Assembly (NCBI RefSeq): GCF_030144855.1
Contig: NC_082722.1
Coordinates: forward strand, 27,032,001 to 27,096,000
Length of the DNA: 64,000 nt
Direction of reading: 5' to 3'
DNA from: Hypanus sabinus
Lineage: Eukaryota
Both the position numbers and the translations under genes were made by a program. Shown piece after piece: positions 37,455 to 50,959 of the stretch (position 1 is its first letter; the number at the start of each line of letters is the position of its first letter). The notes beneath the pieces are model-generated. The model did no database searches. It saw nothing but the letters and a program-made list of their open reading frames with translations, and was not told where the DNA came from.

Positions 37455-40400
37455 ATTGTGACCCTTACCCAGTGAAGTAAGTTCGGGTAAGTATATTTAA
37501 TTAATTTAATTAACATAGGAGTAGGAACAGGAGGCAGCAGTTAGGGCAGTCGAGTGCTCCGTAAACAGTAAGTGGGAAGTCAAAGATCGCACAATTGACC
37601 CTGATGATTACACCTGCAAAAGGTGCATCCAGCTGAAGCCCCTGACAAATCGAGTTACGGAAATGGAACGGGAGCTGTATGAACTTCGGATCATTCGTGA
37701 GTCCGAGGCAGAAATAGACAGGAGTTTCAGGGTGACTGTTACCCCTGCAAGTCAGAAGGCAGGTAGCTGGGTGACTGTCAGGAGAGGGAAGGGTCATAGC
37801 CAGAAAGAGCAGAGCACCCCTGTAGCGGTTCCGATCAACAATACGTATACCCTTTTGGAAACTGTTGGTTGGGACTATCTACCAGGGACAAGTTGTAGTA
37901 GTCGCGTCTCTGGTACCGAGACTGGATCCTTAGCTCAGAAAGGAAGGAAGGACAAGAGGAGAGCAGTAGTGATAAGGGATTCGATAGTTAGGGGAACAGA
38001 TAAGAGTTTCTGTGGGAGAGGTCGAGGATCCTGGATGGTCTGTTGCCTCCCTGGTGACATGGTCCACGATATCCTGAACTGAGTTCTTGGTATTCGCAGG
38101 AGGAAGGCTGATCAGGCCGATGTCGTGGTCCATGTAGAGACCAATAACGTGGACAGGACGGAGGAGGTGGTCCTGCAAAGAGAGTTTAACGAGTTAGGTG
38201 AAACGTTGAAGGACAGTTCAACCAGGCGTCTCCCGTGCTAGTGAGTCCAGAAATAGGAAGATAATGCAGCTAAATACGTGGCTAAGGAGGTGGTGCAGAA
38301 GGAGGGGCTTCATGTTTCTGGACAATTGGGCTTTGTTCCAGGGAAGGTGGGGTCTGTTCCGAGGGGACGATTTGCAACTGAACTGGAGGGTGACTAACAT
38401 CGTTGCAAGGAAATTTGCTAGTGCAGCTCCACAAGCTTTAAGCTAGATTTGCAGGGGGAGGTGAACCAGAGTGTTAGACCTGATAGTGAGGTGGAGGAGG
38501 ATAAAGGTCATGCGAAGGATGCGTGTGTGGACAGAAATCAAAGGTTTGTACGTAAGAGAAATGTTCTCAGTTGCTTCTATTTCAATGCAAGCAGCATTGA
38601 AGGTAAGGAAGATGAGCGTAGGGCGTGGATTGATACGTGAGAATACGACATTATTCCTATTAGTGAGACTTGGTTGAAGAAAGGACAGGAGTGGCAGCTT
38701 AATATTCCGGGGTTCCATTGTTTCAGACATATTAGAGGTGGAGGTATGAAAGGGGGTGGAGTGACATAACTAGTCAGGGAAAATATCACAGTTGTGCTTA
38801 GATAGGGCAGCCCGGAAGGCTTCTGTACAGAATCCATGTGGGTGGAGCTGAGGAACGGGAAATGTGTGACCCCTCCAACAGGGTTGTATTATAGATCGCC
38901 CAATAGTCAGAAAGAATTGGAGGAGCAAATCTGTGAGAGATAGCAGACCGATCTAAGAAATAGAAAGTTGTAATAGTAGGGCATTTTAACTTTCCACATC
39001 TTGACTGGGACACCCACACTGTGAACGGCCTAGACGGCTTGGAGTTTGTCAACTCTGTTCAGGAAGGTTTTCTATATTAATATATAGAAGTACTTCGAGA
39101 CAGGATGCACTACTTGATCTCCTATTAGGGAACCGGACAGGTCAGGTGACAGAAGTGTGTGTAGGTGAACATTTGGGTCAAGTTTGTCATTAGTTTACAG
39201 ATTATTATGGATAAGGCTAGGTCTAGTCCTGGCGTTGAGGTTCTAAATTGGACAAAGACCAATTTTGTAGAATTCAGAAAGGAGCTAGGAAGCGTGGATG
39301 GCAATAAGATGTTTTCTAGCAAGAATGTGTTAAGTAAGTGGAAGGCCTTCGAAGGAGAATATTTAGATGCAGATTTTGCATGTCCCAGTTAACAGACATA
39401 GGGATCCTTAGTTTTCAAGGGAATATTGTCGATCTGGTTAAGGAAAAGAGAAAGGTTTACAGAAGTTATAGGCAACAAGGAACAAATGAGATACTTGAAG
39501 AGTATAGAAAATGAAAGAAGATACAAAAGAAGGAAATCAGGAAGGCAAAAAGAAGACAGGAGTTTGCTTTGACAGATAATAAGAAGGTAAACCCGAAGGG
39601 TTTCTATAAGTATATTAAGATTAAACCGATAGCAATGGGCAAAATTGGTTCCCTGGAAGATTAGAGTGATTGTCTATGTGTTGAGCCTCACGAGATAGGG
39701 AAGATATTAAACAGTTATTTTGCATCAGTATTTACTCGGGATACTCGGGTTAGCATACATGGAAGGAAGGGAAACAAGTAGTAGTGTCATGGAACATATT
39801 GAGATTAAAGAGAAGGAGATTCTTGCTGCCTTACAGCTAACAAAAGTAGATAAATACCACAGGCCTGACATGATATTTCATCGAACCTTGAGAGAGACTA
39901 GTGTAGAAATTGCAGGGACCCTGGCAGAAATATTTAAAATGTCTTTAATCACAGGTGTGGTGCCGGAGGATTGGAGGGTAGCTCATGATGTCCTATTGTT
40001 TTAAAAAAGGCTCCAAAGGTAAACCAGGTAATTACAGGCCGGTGAACCTGACATCAGTAGTGAGGAACTTGTTGGAAGTTGTTCTCATAGATCGGATATA
40101 CAAGTATTTGGACAGCCAAGGGTTAACTCAGGATAGACCACATTGCTTTGTGCGTAAAAGATTGTAGAGTTTTTCGAAGAGGTTACCAAGACAGTAAATG
40201 AAGGAAAGGCTGTGGATGTTGTCAACATAGACGTTAGTAAGGCCTTTGACATGGTCCCACATGGGAGGTCAGTTAAGAAGATTCAGCCACCAGGTATCCA
40301 TTGAGAGGTTGTAAACTGTATTCGAAATTGGCTGTGTAGGAGAAGACACACAGCTGTGGATGATTGCTTCTCAGACTGGAGGCCTCTGACTAGTGGTGTG

Positions 40401-41310
40401 TCTCAGGGATCTGTGCTGCGACCGTTATTGTTTGTTGCCTATATCAATGACGAGGATGATAATGTGGTAAATTAGATCAACGAGTTTGCTGGTGACACTA
40501 AGAAAGGAGGCGATCAGAAGGCTTTCAAAGTTTGCAGATGGATTTGGGCCAACTGGAAGAAAGGGCCAAAAAATGGCAGATGGAAATTAATGCAGACAAG
40601 TGTGAGGTGTTGCACTTTGGAAGGGCAAATCAAAGTAGGAAATACACAGTAAATTGTAGGGTACTGGGGATTATGGAGGAACAAATGGATCTGAGAGTTC
40701 AAATACATCATTCCCTGAAAGTGGCCTAACAGGTAGACAGGGTCGGAAAGAAGTCTATTGGCATCCGGGTATTCATAAATCAAGGTTTGAGTATAGAAGG
40801 TAGAATGTTAAAGAGAATTATATAAGAGAATGATGAGTTCAAATTTGGTGTATTGTGAGCCGTTCTGGTCACCTAACTAGAGGAAAGATATCAGTAATAT
40901 TGAAAGGGTGCAGAGATTTATTAGGATCTTGCCGGGTCTTCAGGAGTTGAGTTACAGGAAAATATTGAACAGGTTAGGACTTTATTCCTTGGAGCATAGA
41001 AGAATGAGGGGGATTTGATAGAGGGTTACAAAATTATGAGGGGTATAAACAGAGTAAATGCTTGTAGGCTCTTTCCACTCAGATTAGGAGAAATATATAC
41101 GAGAAGATATGGCTCTAGGGTGAAAGTGGAAAGGTTTAAGGGGAACATTAGGAGAAAAGTGTTCACTCGGAGAGTGGCGGGAGTGTGTGGAATGAGCTGC
41201 CATCTGAGGTGGTAAATGCGGGCTCACTCTTTGGTGTTAAGAATAAGTTAGATAGATACATGGATTAGAGAGGTCAGGAGGGTTATAGACTGGATCCAAG
41301 TCAATGGACC
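37455..41310 (+). mobile_element. Near full-length decayed CR1 LINE
   Basis: ORF1 (CKRCIQLKPL…ELRIIRE…; DSIVRGTD; esterase region) and ORF2 (CFYFNASSI, ISETWL, PGNYRPVNLTSVV, SKAFD, WKGLRGT-like end). Confidence 0.9.
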
Positions 41311-41797
41311 ATAAAACCACGTTTCCTCTTTTATTTTCATGAGTTTGTTTAAGAAATGGAAACAATTAGTAAAATACAGAGACTTTTAACATTTAGACCC
41401 TTGTATATTAGTTCTGAAAAAGTTATCGACTGGCCTGAAGTTGCCAATCCACTATGAGTACATGCGAGTATTAGCATAAATGTACGAAGATCTACAGGAC
41501 CAAAGGATTACATATGTAAGGCACATGTAAGTATAATAATACTACTACTAATAATAATAATGAGTAACTAAACAATAAATCTAGAGAAATTCAGTGGGTA
41601 ACGAGGGAGCAATAGAAGGTGGTGACTGAAAGATCTTGAGTAACGTAGATTCGTAACAGGCAAGGCGACGCAAACGAAATCCAAAGGCGAAATTATAAGC
41701 GGCAGAACTAGAAATTGAACTTCGCCGATTGAAACCACGGTATTCAGCACTACGATTTAAGTATAGAATTTTCTTTAAAAATGTGGCAGTTAATAAT

Positions 41798-42840
41798 TGT
41801 CAGTCTGAGCCTTAACACGACAGCGACAGTTAGCCATACTCTGGGGAATTGGTGTGCCGAAAAGTGCATGCTGTCGCAGTTCAGTCGGGAAGGTGACAAA
41901 CCCAGCCTTCCTACAATTGGCTCCTAATGACGCAGTGCGATCAAGATGGTGGTGATGAAAGTCCTCTATCAAAGTAATATCCAGGATGTCCCGTGAAGGA
42001 ATCCAGCTTCTTCCTTCTGCGTCAGATCCCTTCCAATTCCGGAGGTACTGCCTTTTACCACAAACAATATGGTTTCGTAAAGGTCAACGGATTGTTTCGG
42101 CAGGTTGTTCCTCAATAATTCTGAAAGGTGGAATAGGTTAGTGAACCGATGCTAAGGATGGACCGAAAGGGTTTGAGGCGGGATACGTGGAATGTGGGGT
42201 GAATCGTCATGGTGCTCGAGAGTTTGAGATTACAGGTAAAAGGATTTTGAACAGGCCGATTTCACGAGGAGCCAATTTTCTGGATTCAACCCACGTGAGA
42301 AGATCTCATTTCCCGTCCCTGTTTTCTCTGGCGATTGGCCTCGTGTTATTGCAGCCGCGAGTTGGCCATTAACGTCTCTCTCGCCTTAGACCATATCTGG
42401 CGACATTTCTAAACCAGTTTCTTTCGCTCATAGAACACTACAATTCGCTGCTTGCGCAAGGAAATGCGGAGACCGGTACCCAAATTGGCCTTGAAAAGTG
42501 GTCACCCCGAAAGACAGATGCTGAATGGTATTAAGAACAAGATACCCCCCCCCCCCCCGATTAGGTTGTCACTACAATTCGTCGTGTTCCCAGAGGAGCG
42601 ACATCTGAGAGTTCGTTCAAAGATTTGATTGAACCTCTCCGTTTGACCATTGGTCTACGGATGAAACCCGGACAGGCAGAGGCCACAGTGACCTCAGAAA
42701 ACGACTTCCAGACTAAGAGAAGGTTCCGCTGGTTTGTCCTATACCTCTCCTGAAAATAGATATCAGCATATCTATTCAACGTGTCATCAGCAAACCTAAT
42801 AAGAACACGAGTATATCGTTTAACCTCGATCATGCTTCGC
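41798..42840 (-). mobile_element. Chromovirus (Sushi-like) Gypsy 3' relic: integrase core, GPY/F, chromodomain, short LTR remnant
   Basis: SGFHPxTNGQTERFNQ-like integrase motif, [19 protein letters not shown]…[10 protein letters not shown]…LIEDFH chromodomain, and a ~100-bp TGTCAC…CTGACA LTR remnant at 41898-41798. Confidence 0.8.
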
Positions 42841-43274
42841 ATTCAATTAAATGTCGTGTGACTAGCGCTTCAATACAAATTTTCTGTAGCTCCCAATCTC
42901 TAAATAGCTCACCCTAATCAAACTATTAGTCCAGACGTAGAGTGATTACCCCACCTAATGTTTAAATCTTTTCATAGCATTGTGACAGGGTAATGAATAG
43001 GCGTGGTCGGGGTGTTGGTGTGAGGTTGGGGCTGTAGGAATAACGGCATAACAAATATTTGGTTGCAAGTTTCAAAGGCCGAGCAAATTAAGCAGCCAGT
43101 CTTCAAAATACCATCGAACATGGACGAAACGATCAAAAGAACCCGGTTTCCATTTTCCTTTTGCAAAAGTGCAAAGCGAATAGTAACATAAATGTTAAAC
43201 AAGCGTACTGTAAAGCCTGTTCAAAACACGTATTATTGCATGCATACTTCCATGCTGCTAGTTATTTTATTTAC

Positions 43275-46200
43275 AACCATATAACCATATAACAATCACA
43301 GCACGGAAACAGGCCATCTCGGCCCTCTTTGTCCGTGCCGAACTCTTAATTTCACCTCTTCCCACCTACCAGTACTCAGCCCATAACACTCCACTCCTTT
43401 CCTGTTCATATACCTATCAAATTTTACCTTAAATGACACAAATGAACTGGCCTCTACTACTTCTAAAGGAAGCTCTTTCCACACAGCTTTCACTCTCTGA
43501 GTAAAGAAATACTTCCACGTATTCCCTTAAACTTCTGCCCCCTAACTCTCAAATCATGTCCTCTCGTTTGAATCTCCCCTACTCTCAATGGAAACAGCCT
43601 ATTCACGTCAACTCTATCTATCCCTCTCAAAATTTTAAATACCTCGATCAAATCCCCCCTCAACCTTCTACGCTCCAATGAATAGAGAACTAACTTGTTC
43701 AACCTTTCTCTGTAACTTAAGTGCTGAAACCCAGGTAACGTCTTAGTAAATCGTCTCTGAACTCTCTCTAATTTATTGATATCTTTCCTATGATTTGGTG
43801 ACCAGAACTGCACACAATATTCTAAATTTGGCCTTACCAATACCTTGTACAAATTTAACATTACATTCCAACGTCTGTACTCAATGCTTTAATTTATAAA
43901 GGCCAGCGTTTCAAAAGCCTTCTTCACCACCCTATCTACATGAGACTCCACCTTCAGGGAACTATGCACTGCACTGTTATTCCTAGATCTCTCTGTTCCT
44001 CTGCATTCCTCATTGCCCTACCATTTACTCTGTATGTTCTATTTGGATTATTCCTGGCAAAATGTAGAACCTCACACTTCTCAGCATTAAACTCCATCTG
44101 CCAACGTTCAGCCCATTCTTCTAACCGGCATAAATCTCCCTGCAAGCTTTGAAAACCCACCTCATTATCCACAACACCTCCTACCTTATTAACATCGGCA
44201 TACTTACTAATCCAATTTACCACCCCATCATCCAGATCATTTATGAATATTACAAACCACATTGGGCCCAAAACAGATCGCTGAGGCACCCCGCTAGTCA
44301 CCGGCTTCCATAAACAATTATCCACCACTACTCTCACCTAGTCACTTTTGAATCCATTTTATTACTCCAGCATTAACACCTAACGACTGAAACTTCTTAA
44401 CTAACCTTCCATGCGGAACTTTGTCAAAGGCTTTGCTGAAGTCCATATAGACTACATCCACTGCCTTACCCTCGTCAACATTCCTCGTAACTTCTTCAAA
44501 AAATTCAATAAGGTTTGTCAAACATGACCTTCCACGCACAAACTCTACACCTAATCAGATCCTGTCTATCCAGATAATTATTAATACTATCTCTAAGAAA
44601 ACTTTCCATTAATTTACCCACCACTGATGTCAAACTGACAGGTCTATAATTGCTAGGCTTACTTCTAGAACCCTTTTTAAACAATCGAACCACATGAGCA
44701 ATACACCAATCCTCCGGCACAATCCCCGTTTCTAATGACATCTTAAAGATCTCCGTCAGAGCTCCTGCTATTTCTACACAAACTTCCCTCAAGGTCCTGG
44801 CGAATATCTTGTCAGGACCTGTAGATTTATCCACTTTTAAATTTCTTAAAAGCACCAGTACTTCCACCTCTTTAATTGTCATAGGTTCCATAACTTCCTT
44901 ACTTGTTTCCCACACCTTACACAATTCAATATCCTTCTCCTTAGTGAATACCGAAGAGAAGAAATCGTTCAAAATCTCTCCCATCTCCCTCTGCTCCACA
45001 CATAGCTGACCACTCTGATTCTCTAAGGGGCCAATTTTATCCCTCACTATCCTCTTGCTTTTAATATAACTGTAGAAACCTTTCGGATTTACTTTCACAT
45101 TATTTGCCAAACCAACCTCGTATCTTCTTTAAGCTTTTCTAATCTCTTTCTTAAGATTCCTTTTACTTTCTTTATATTCCTCGAACAATTCCTTTACTCC
45201 ATGCCTCTTATATCTATTGTAGACATCCCTCTTTTTCCAAACCAAATTTCTAATATCCCTTGAAAACCATGGTGCTTTCAAACCTGTAACCTTTCCTTTC
45301 AACCTAACAGGAACATAAAGATTCTATACCCTCATAATTTCACCCTTAAATGACCTCTATTTCTCTATTACATCCTTCCCATAAAACAATTTGACCGAAT
45401 CCACTTTCTCTAAATCCCTTCGCATCTCCTCAAAGTTAGCCTTTCTCCAAACAAAAATCTCAACTCTAGGTCCTGTCATGTCCTTCTCCATAATAATATT
45501 GAAGCTAATGCTATTGTGATCACTGGGCCCGAAGTGCTCCCCAACACATACATCTGTCAGCTGACCTATTGCATTCCCTAACAGGAGATCCAACACTGCC
45601 CCATCTCTAGTCGGTACTTCTATGTATTGTTGCAAAAACTGTCCTGCACACATTTCATAAACTCGAAACCATCCAGCCCTTTTACAGAATGAGCTTCCCA
45701 GTCTTCGTGTGGAACATTAAAATCTCCCACAATCACCACCTTGTGTTTACTACAAATATCTGCTATCTCCTTACACATTTGCTCTTCCAACTCACGCTCC
45801 CCATTAGGTGGCCTATAATACACTCCTATCAGTGTTACCACACCCTTCCCATTCCTTAATTCCACCCAAATATCCTCCCTAGAGGAGCTCTCTAATCTAT
45901 CCTTCCAAAGCTCCGCCATAAGATTTTCTCGGACAAGCAATGCAACACCTCTTCCTCTGGCCCCTCCTACTCTATTACACCTGAAGCAACTAAATCCAGG
46001 AATATTTAGTTGCCAATCACACCCTTCCTGCAACCATGTTTCACTAATAGCTACAACATCATAATTCCAGGTATCAATCCACGCTTTACGCTCATCCACC
46101 TTTCTTACAATGCTCCTAGCATTAAAATAGATACATTTAAGATACTCTCCACCCCCTTATCTCTTTTCATCCCTAACAATGCATTCAAATTTATATCTTT

Positions 46201-47520
46201 TTATTTCTTCTCCCCTGCATCTTCGGGCTGAGCGCATCTCTTCTCCATCACCTGCCTTTCCTCCCTCACACACTGTTTATTTATTTGCTCTACTGGTGAA
46301 CTAACCTCCTCTCTCACGGTTTCCTCAAATTGATTCCCGCCCCGCCATCTTACTAGTTTAAAGTCTGCCCTGTAGCCCTGGCAAGCCTCCCCGCTAGTAT
46401 ATTGGTCCCCCCAGGATTCAAGTGTAACGTGTCCTTCTTGAACCGGTCACGCCTGCCCCAGAAGAGGTCCCAATGATCCAGACACTTGAATCCCTGCCCC
46501 CTGCTCCAATCCCATAGCCACCCATTCATCCTCCACCTAATTCTATCCCTACTCTCACTGTCGCGTGGCACAGGCAGTAATCCCGAGATTACTCCCTTTG
46601 CGTTCCTTCTTCTAACTCCTAACTCCCTATACTCTCGTTTCAGGACCTCTTCCCCTTTCCTTCCTATGTCATTGGTACCTACATGTACCACGACCTCTGG
46701 CTCCTCACCCTCCCACTTCAGGATATCTTGGACGCGATCAGAAACGTCCCGAACCCTGGCACCAGGGAGGCAAATTACCATCCGGTACTCCCGATTACCT
46801 CCACAGAACCGCCTGACTATCGAGTCCCCTATTACTATGGTCCTCTTTCTTCTATCCCTACCCTTCTGAGCTACAGGGCCGTCCTCTGTGCCGGAGGCCC
46901 GGCCACTGTCACTTCCACCAGGAAGGCTGTCCCCCCAACAGTACTCAAACATGAGTACTTATTGTCAAGGTGTATAGCCACCGGGGTATTCTCTAGTACC
47001 CGCCTCTTCCCTTTCCTGACCGTAACCCACCTATCTGCCTCCCGTGGCCCCGGAGTGACCACCTGCCTGTAACTTCTCTCTATCACCTCCTCAATCTCCC
47101 TGACCAGGCGAAGGTCATCGAGCTGCAGCTGCAGTTCCCTAACTCGATCCCTCAGGAGCTGCAGTTCGGTGCACCTGGCGCAGATGAGGACGTCCGGGAG
47201 GCTCGGTGACTCAAGGATCTCCCACATCCGACACCGAGAACAACAAGCTGCCCTCACACTCATACTTCCCGAAAAACTGAAAAATAACAAGAACTGAAAG
47301 ATAAGCCTACTGTGCCCTCTTCCGCCTAAGCCCCCTGAGCCCAGGCCCTACACTCTGCTCCCGGCGCACTCCGCTGCCGACAAACGAAGCTGCCCGCTTC
47401 TTAAGGCTGGTTTCTTTTTATATCTTCCCTCCTTCGCAGGCCTCCTCACGCGCCTGCGCAGTCCCGCCTCTCAGAACTTCGATCAATTGGACAATTTGAA
47501 AATGGCCGCCGCCGCACTTC
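43275..47520 (-). mobile_element. Full-length, comparatively young CR1 LINE (ORF1 ~46350-47270; ORF2 ~43480-46150, disrupted)
   Basis: (AACCATAT)n tail at 43275; long ORFs of 199, 159 and 201 aa with IVIGDSIVRR, VVVHVGTNDIG, VAISETWL, DKSTGPDKI, SNYRPVSLTSVVGK; GC-rich 5' UTR. Confidence 0.93.
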
Positions 47521-48229
47521 CTCTCTAAGCCTCGCTGTCCTCTACCAAAAGAGCTTCCAAATTAGCAGCTTTTCTGCAAAGTGCAGGAAATACTCTAAAA
47601 TAAGCTTCACAAAGCTGATCAGATAAGTCGCCGTTTGGTCGGCTTGGGAATGTTGCGTCTGCCAAACAGGTTTGCCTCAGTAACATTCTGTCCAGTGGGA
47701 TGCCACGGAGCATTGGAGAGAGCTGGGTGGGATCAGATTTCTGAGGAAAAGTGGGTTGATTTTCGGGTTTTATATGGTAGATGTTGGAATTGGAAGGAGG
47801 TGCGGAGAGCAGCTTAAGTGAAAACGCTGAAGCATCCCGTCCGAAGGGGAGACCCTGTTATAACAAGTGATATGTGCAAACCAGTGGATCCAAGGAGAAA
47901 GTGCAAATGCTCCAGAGTTAGCCAGTTTGTTTGCAACATTACTCAAGGGAAGTCCAAACTGTGCCTGGGACGTGCGTTTAGCGCCCTGATTACTGACTAT
48001 TCAGAAATGAGCTCCAACACACATTTAATATGTTTTCACTGTATTTGGCCCCTTTTCTTTAACTTTGTACTAACTGTATGTTAATGTTGAAATATCTGCA
48101 AATATACTGCACTTTAATTTGATGCCGGTGTAAGTTCTGTTATTTCCTGGCGAACAATAATTTTGGATAGAGCAGTATTGATACAGCATTCTCTATAATT
48201 CTCGTTCCCTCATACAGAACATTCCAACT

Positions 48230-48950
48230 TTCAATGTGCGTCATCTATATTGAAAGTGAGGAAGAAAAATGGGAAAGTAGGAATATGTGTTGATTATCGA
48301 ATACTGAAAAGTCGTACTGTTCCACAGATCGCTGTTACTCTCGTCTGCCATAGTGGAGCCAAATGGTTCAGTGTGTTGCATGCAATAAGTGGCCATTATC
48401 AAATAACCATGAGTGCAGTGGATAATGAAAAGATGGTATCAGGAGCACCGGCTACATTCCAACCTGTCGAGGAGACATGAATGCTGCTTGAGGCACTGGT
48501 GTACTTCTATGATCTCAACGAGTTTGAATCAAAACTGGAGGAGCGTGAGAAATGACAATTTTTGCGTCAACCCGTCTGAAAGCGGAAGGGTTAAACCCTC
48601 ACTGGACAAGTTTATGTTCTGAAGACGTCAGTCAACTATGTCATTCAAGTAGTCTCCTAGATGGAGTGGCTACGCGTCCGTCGGAGGTACAGGCGATAAC
48701 CACATCGCCAAGGCTGGAGACTTTGAGTGCCGTATGTTCATTCATTGGATTCTGTGGGTACTACCGGAGAGTTCTGAGGGGTCACTCCAGAGAAATCCAT
48801 CAATTCAATGAATTTATGTGTGGTTACCCTACCTTAGTGAAGGAAGGTATGGAACAAATGGAGACGAAGGCAGGGTTTATCGTAGCTCTTCGGAGCCTTT
48901 AAAGTTAAGATGGAATGCAAACTGTGAAGAGTTATTTCAGATGCTGCCTA
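48230..48950 (+). mobile_element. Gypsy pol fragment (RT/RNase H)
   Basis: VRKKNGKVGICVDYRILKSRTVP…GAKWFSVL…SGHYQI; FIGFCGYYRR. Confidence 0.82.
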
Positions 48951-48959
48951 TTTATTGAC

Positions 48960-49615
48960 TAAAACCCCCTTGCCTGCCTTTGCAACCCACCAGTTGTCGT
49001 ATACTTGCAGACACGCGACATCTGTGATTGACTGGTGGCGGTGTTCCATGTCAAGATCAGGAGAGCACGGAGTGACCACACTCCGCTGAACATTGACTGC
49101 TCCTCCGTTGAAACCGTTAAGAGCACCAAATTTCATGGAGTTCATCTGGCGGAGAATGTCACTTTGTCCCTGAAGACAAGCTCCATAGCCAAGAAAGCCC
49201 AGCAGCATCACTACTTTCTGCGAAGGATGAGAACAGTCCATCTGCCAACTTCCATCCACACCACATTCCACAGAGGACGTGTCAAGAGCATTCTGAGCAG
49301 CTGCAACACTGCCTGGTTCGGGAATTGCACCGTCTTTAATCGCAAGACTCTGCAACTGAGAAGATCATCGGGGTCTCTCTTAGCACCACACCACACACTG
49401 CAGCCGCGAAGCTAACAGCATTATGAAAGACCCCACGCAACCCTCATACAAAAACTTCTCTCTCCTGCCCACTGTCAAAAGGTACCGAAGCAGTCGGGCT
49501 CTCACGACCAGACAGTGCAACAGTTTCTTCGCCCAAACCGTCAGACTCCTCAATATCTAGAATCTAGGCTGACATCTACATCATTTATTATCATATTGAA
49601 ATTTGTCCTCCACTC
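48960..49615 (+). mobile_element. Rex1/Babar 3' fragment inserted in Gypsy pol
   Basis: HTPLNIDCSSVETVKSTKFHGVHLAEN…KKAQQHHYFLRR. Confidence 0.8.
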
Positions 49616-49861
49616 NNNNNNNNNNNNNNNNNNNNNNNNNNNNNNNNNNNNNNNNNNNNNNNNNNNNNNNNNNNNNNNNNNNNNNNNNNNNNNNNNNNNN
49701 NNNNNNNNNNNNNNNNNNNNNNNNNNNNNNNNNNNNNNNNNNNNNNNNNNNNNNNNNNNNNNNNNNNNNNNNNNNNNNNNNNNNNNNNNNNNNNNNNNNN
49801 NNNNNNNNNNNNNNNNNNNNNNNNNNNNNNNNNNNNNNNNNNNNNNNNNNNNNNNNNNNNN
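49616..49861. other. Assembly gap (246 N)
   Basis: Run of N. Confidence 1.
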
Positions 49862-50129
49862 CGATTTATTTATTTATTAAATATCGTACTGCCCTGCACT
49901 GCTTTGCGTAGGGCTCTAGACTGATTCTTGTGTTGTTTTACGTAGTCTAGTGTAGCCTTGAGTTATCTCACATAGTCTAGTGTAGTTTTCCTTTGTTTTG
50001 TGTAGCACTATGGTTCTGGAGGAAGTTGGTTCTTTTTTATCGTGCACCCTACTAGCATTTTATGGCCGAAATGACAATAAAAAGCGACTTGACTTGTATT
50101 GACTGGAAGATGAAGGTAAAGGGGCTTTT

Positions 50130-50947
50130 GCTTTCGTTAGCTGTTTCCTGTTTCGTTGGAACAGGAAACAGATTATTATCTGAACGGTGACTGATTAGGA
50201 AAAGGGGAGGTGCAACGAGACCTGGTTGTCATTGTACACCAGTCATTGAAGGTGGGCATGCAGGTACAGCAGGCGGTGAAAAAGGCAAATGGTATTTTGG
50301 CATTCACAGCAAAATGATTTGGATATAGGAGCAGGGACGTTCTACGGCAATTGTACAAGGCCTTGGTGAGACCGCACCTATAATATTGTGTGCAGTTTTG
50401 GTCTCCTAATCTGAGGAAAGACATTATTACCATCGAGGGATAGAGGGAGTACAGAGAAGGTTCACCAGATTGATTCCTGGGATGGCAGGACTTACATATG
50501 AAGAAAGACTGGATCGACTAGTCTGATACTCAGTGGAATTTAGAAGATTGAGGTGGGATCTTATTGAAACCTATAAAATTCAAAAGGGAATGGACAGGCT
50601 AGATGCAGGAAGATTGTTTCCGATGTTGAGGAAGTCCAGAACGAGAGGTCACAGTGTAAGGATAAAAGGGTAGCCTTTTAAGACCGAGATGAGGAAAAAC
50701 TTCTTCACACAGAGATTGGTGAATCTGTGGAATTCTCTGCCACAGTAAACTGTTGAGGCCGGTTCATTTGCTATATTTAAGAGGAAGTTAGATACGGCCT
50801 TTGTGGTTAAAGGGATCAGGGGGTATGGAGAGAAAGCAGGTATAGGGTTCTGAGTTGGATGTTCAACCATGATCGTACGGAATGACGGTGCAGGCTCGGA
50901 GGGCCGAATGGCCTACTCCTGCACATATTTTCTATGTTTCCATGTTT
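50130..50947 (+). mobile_element. 5'-truncated CR1 (same subfamily as 290-1078)
   Basis: High similarity to 290-1078; TTTCTATG tail. Confidence 0.88.
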
Positions 50948-50959
50948 CTCGCTGGTGTC

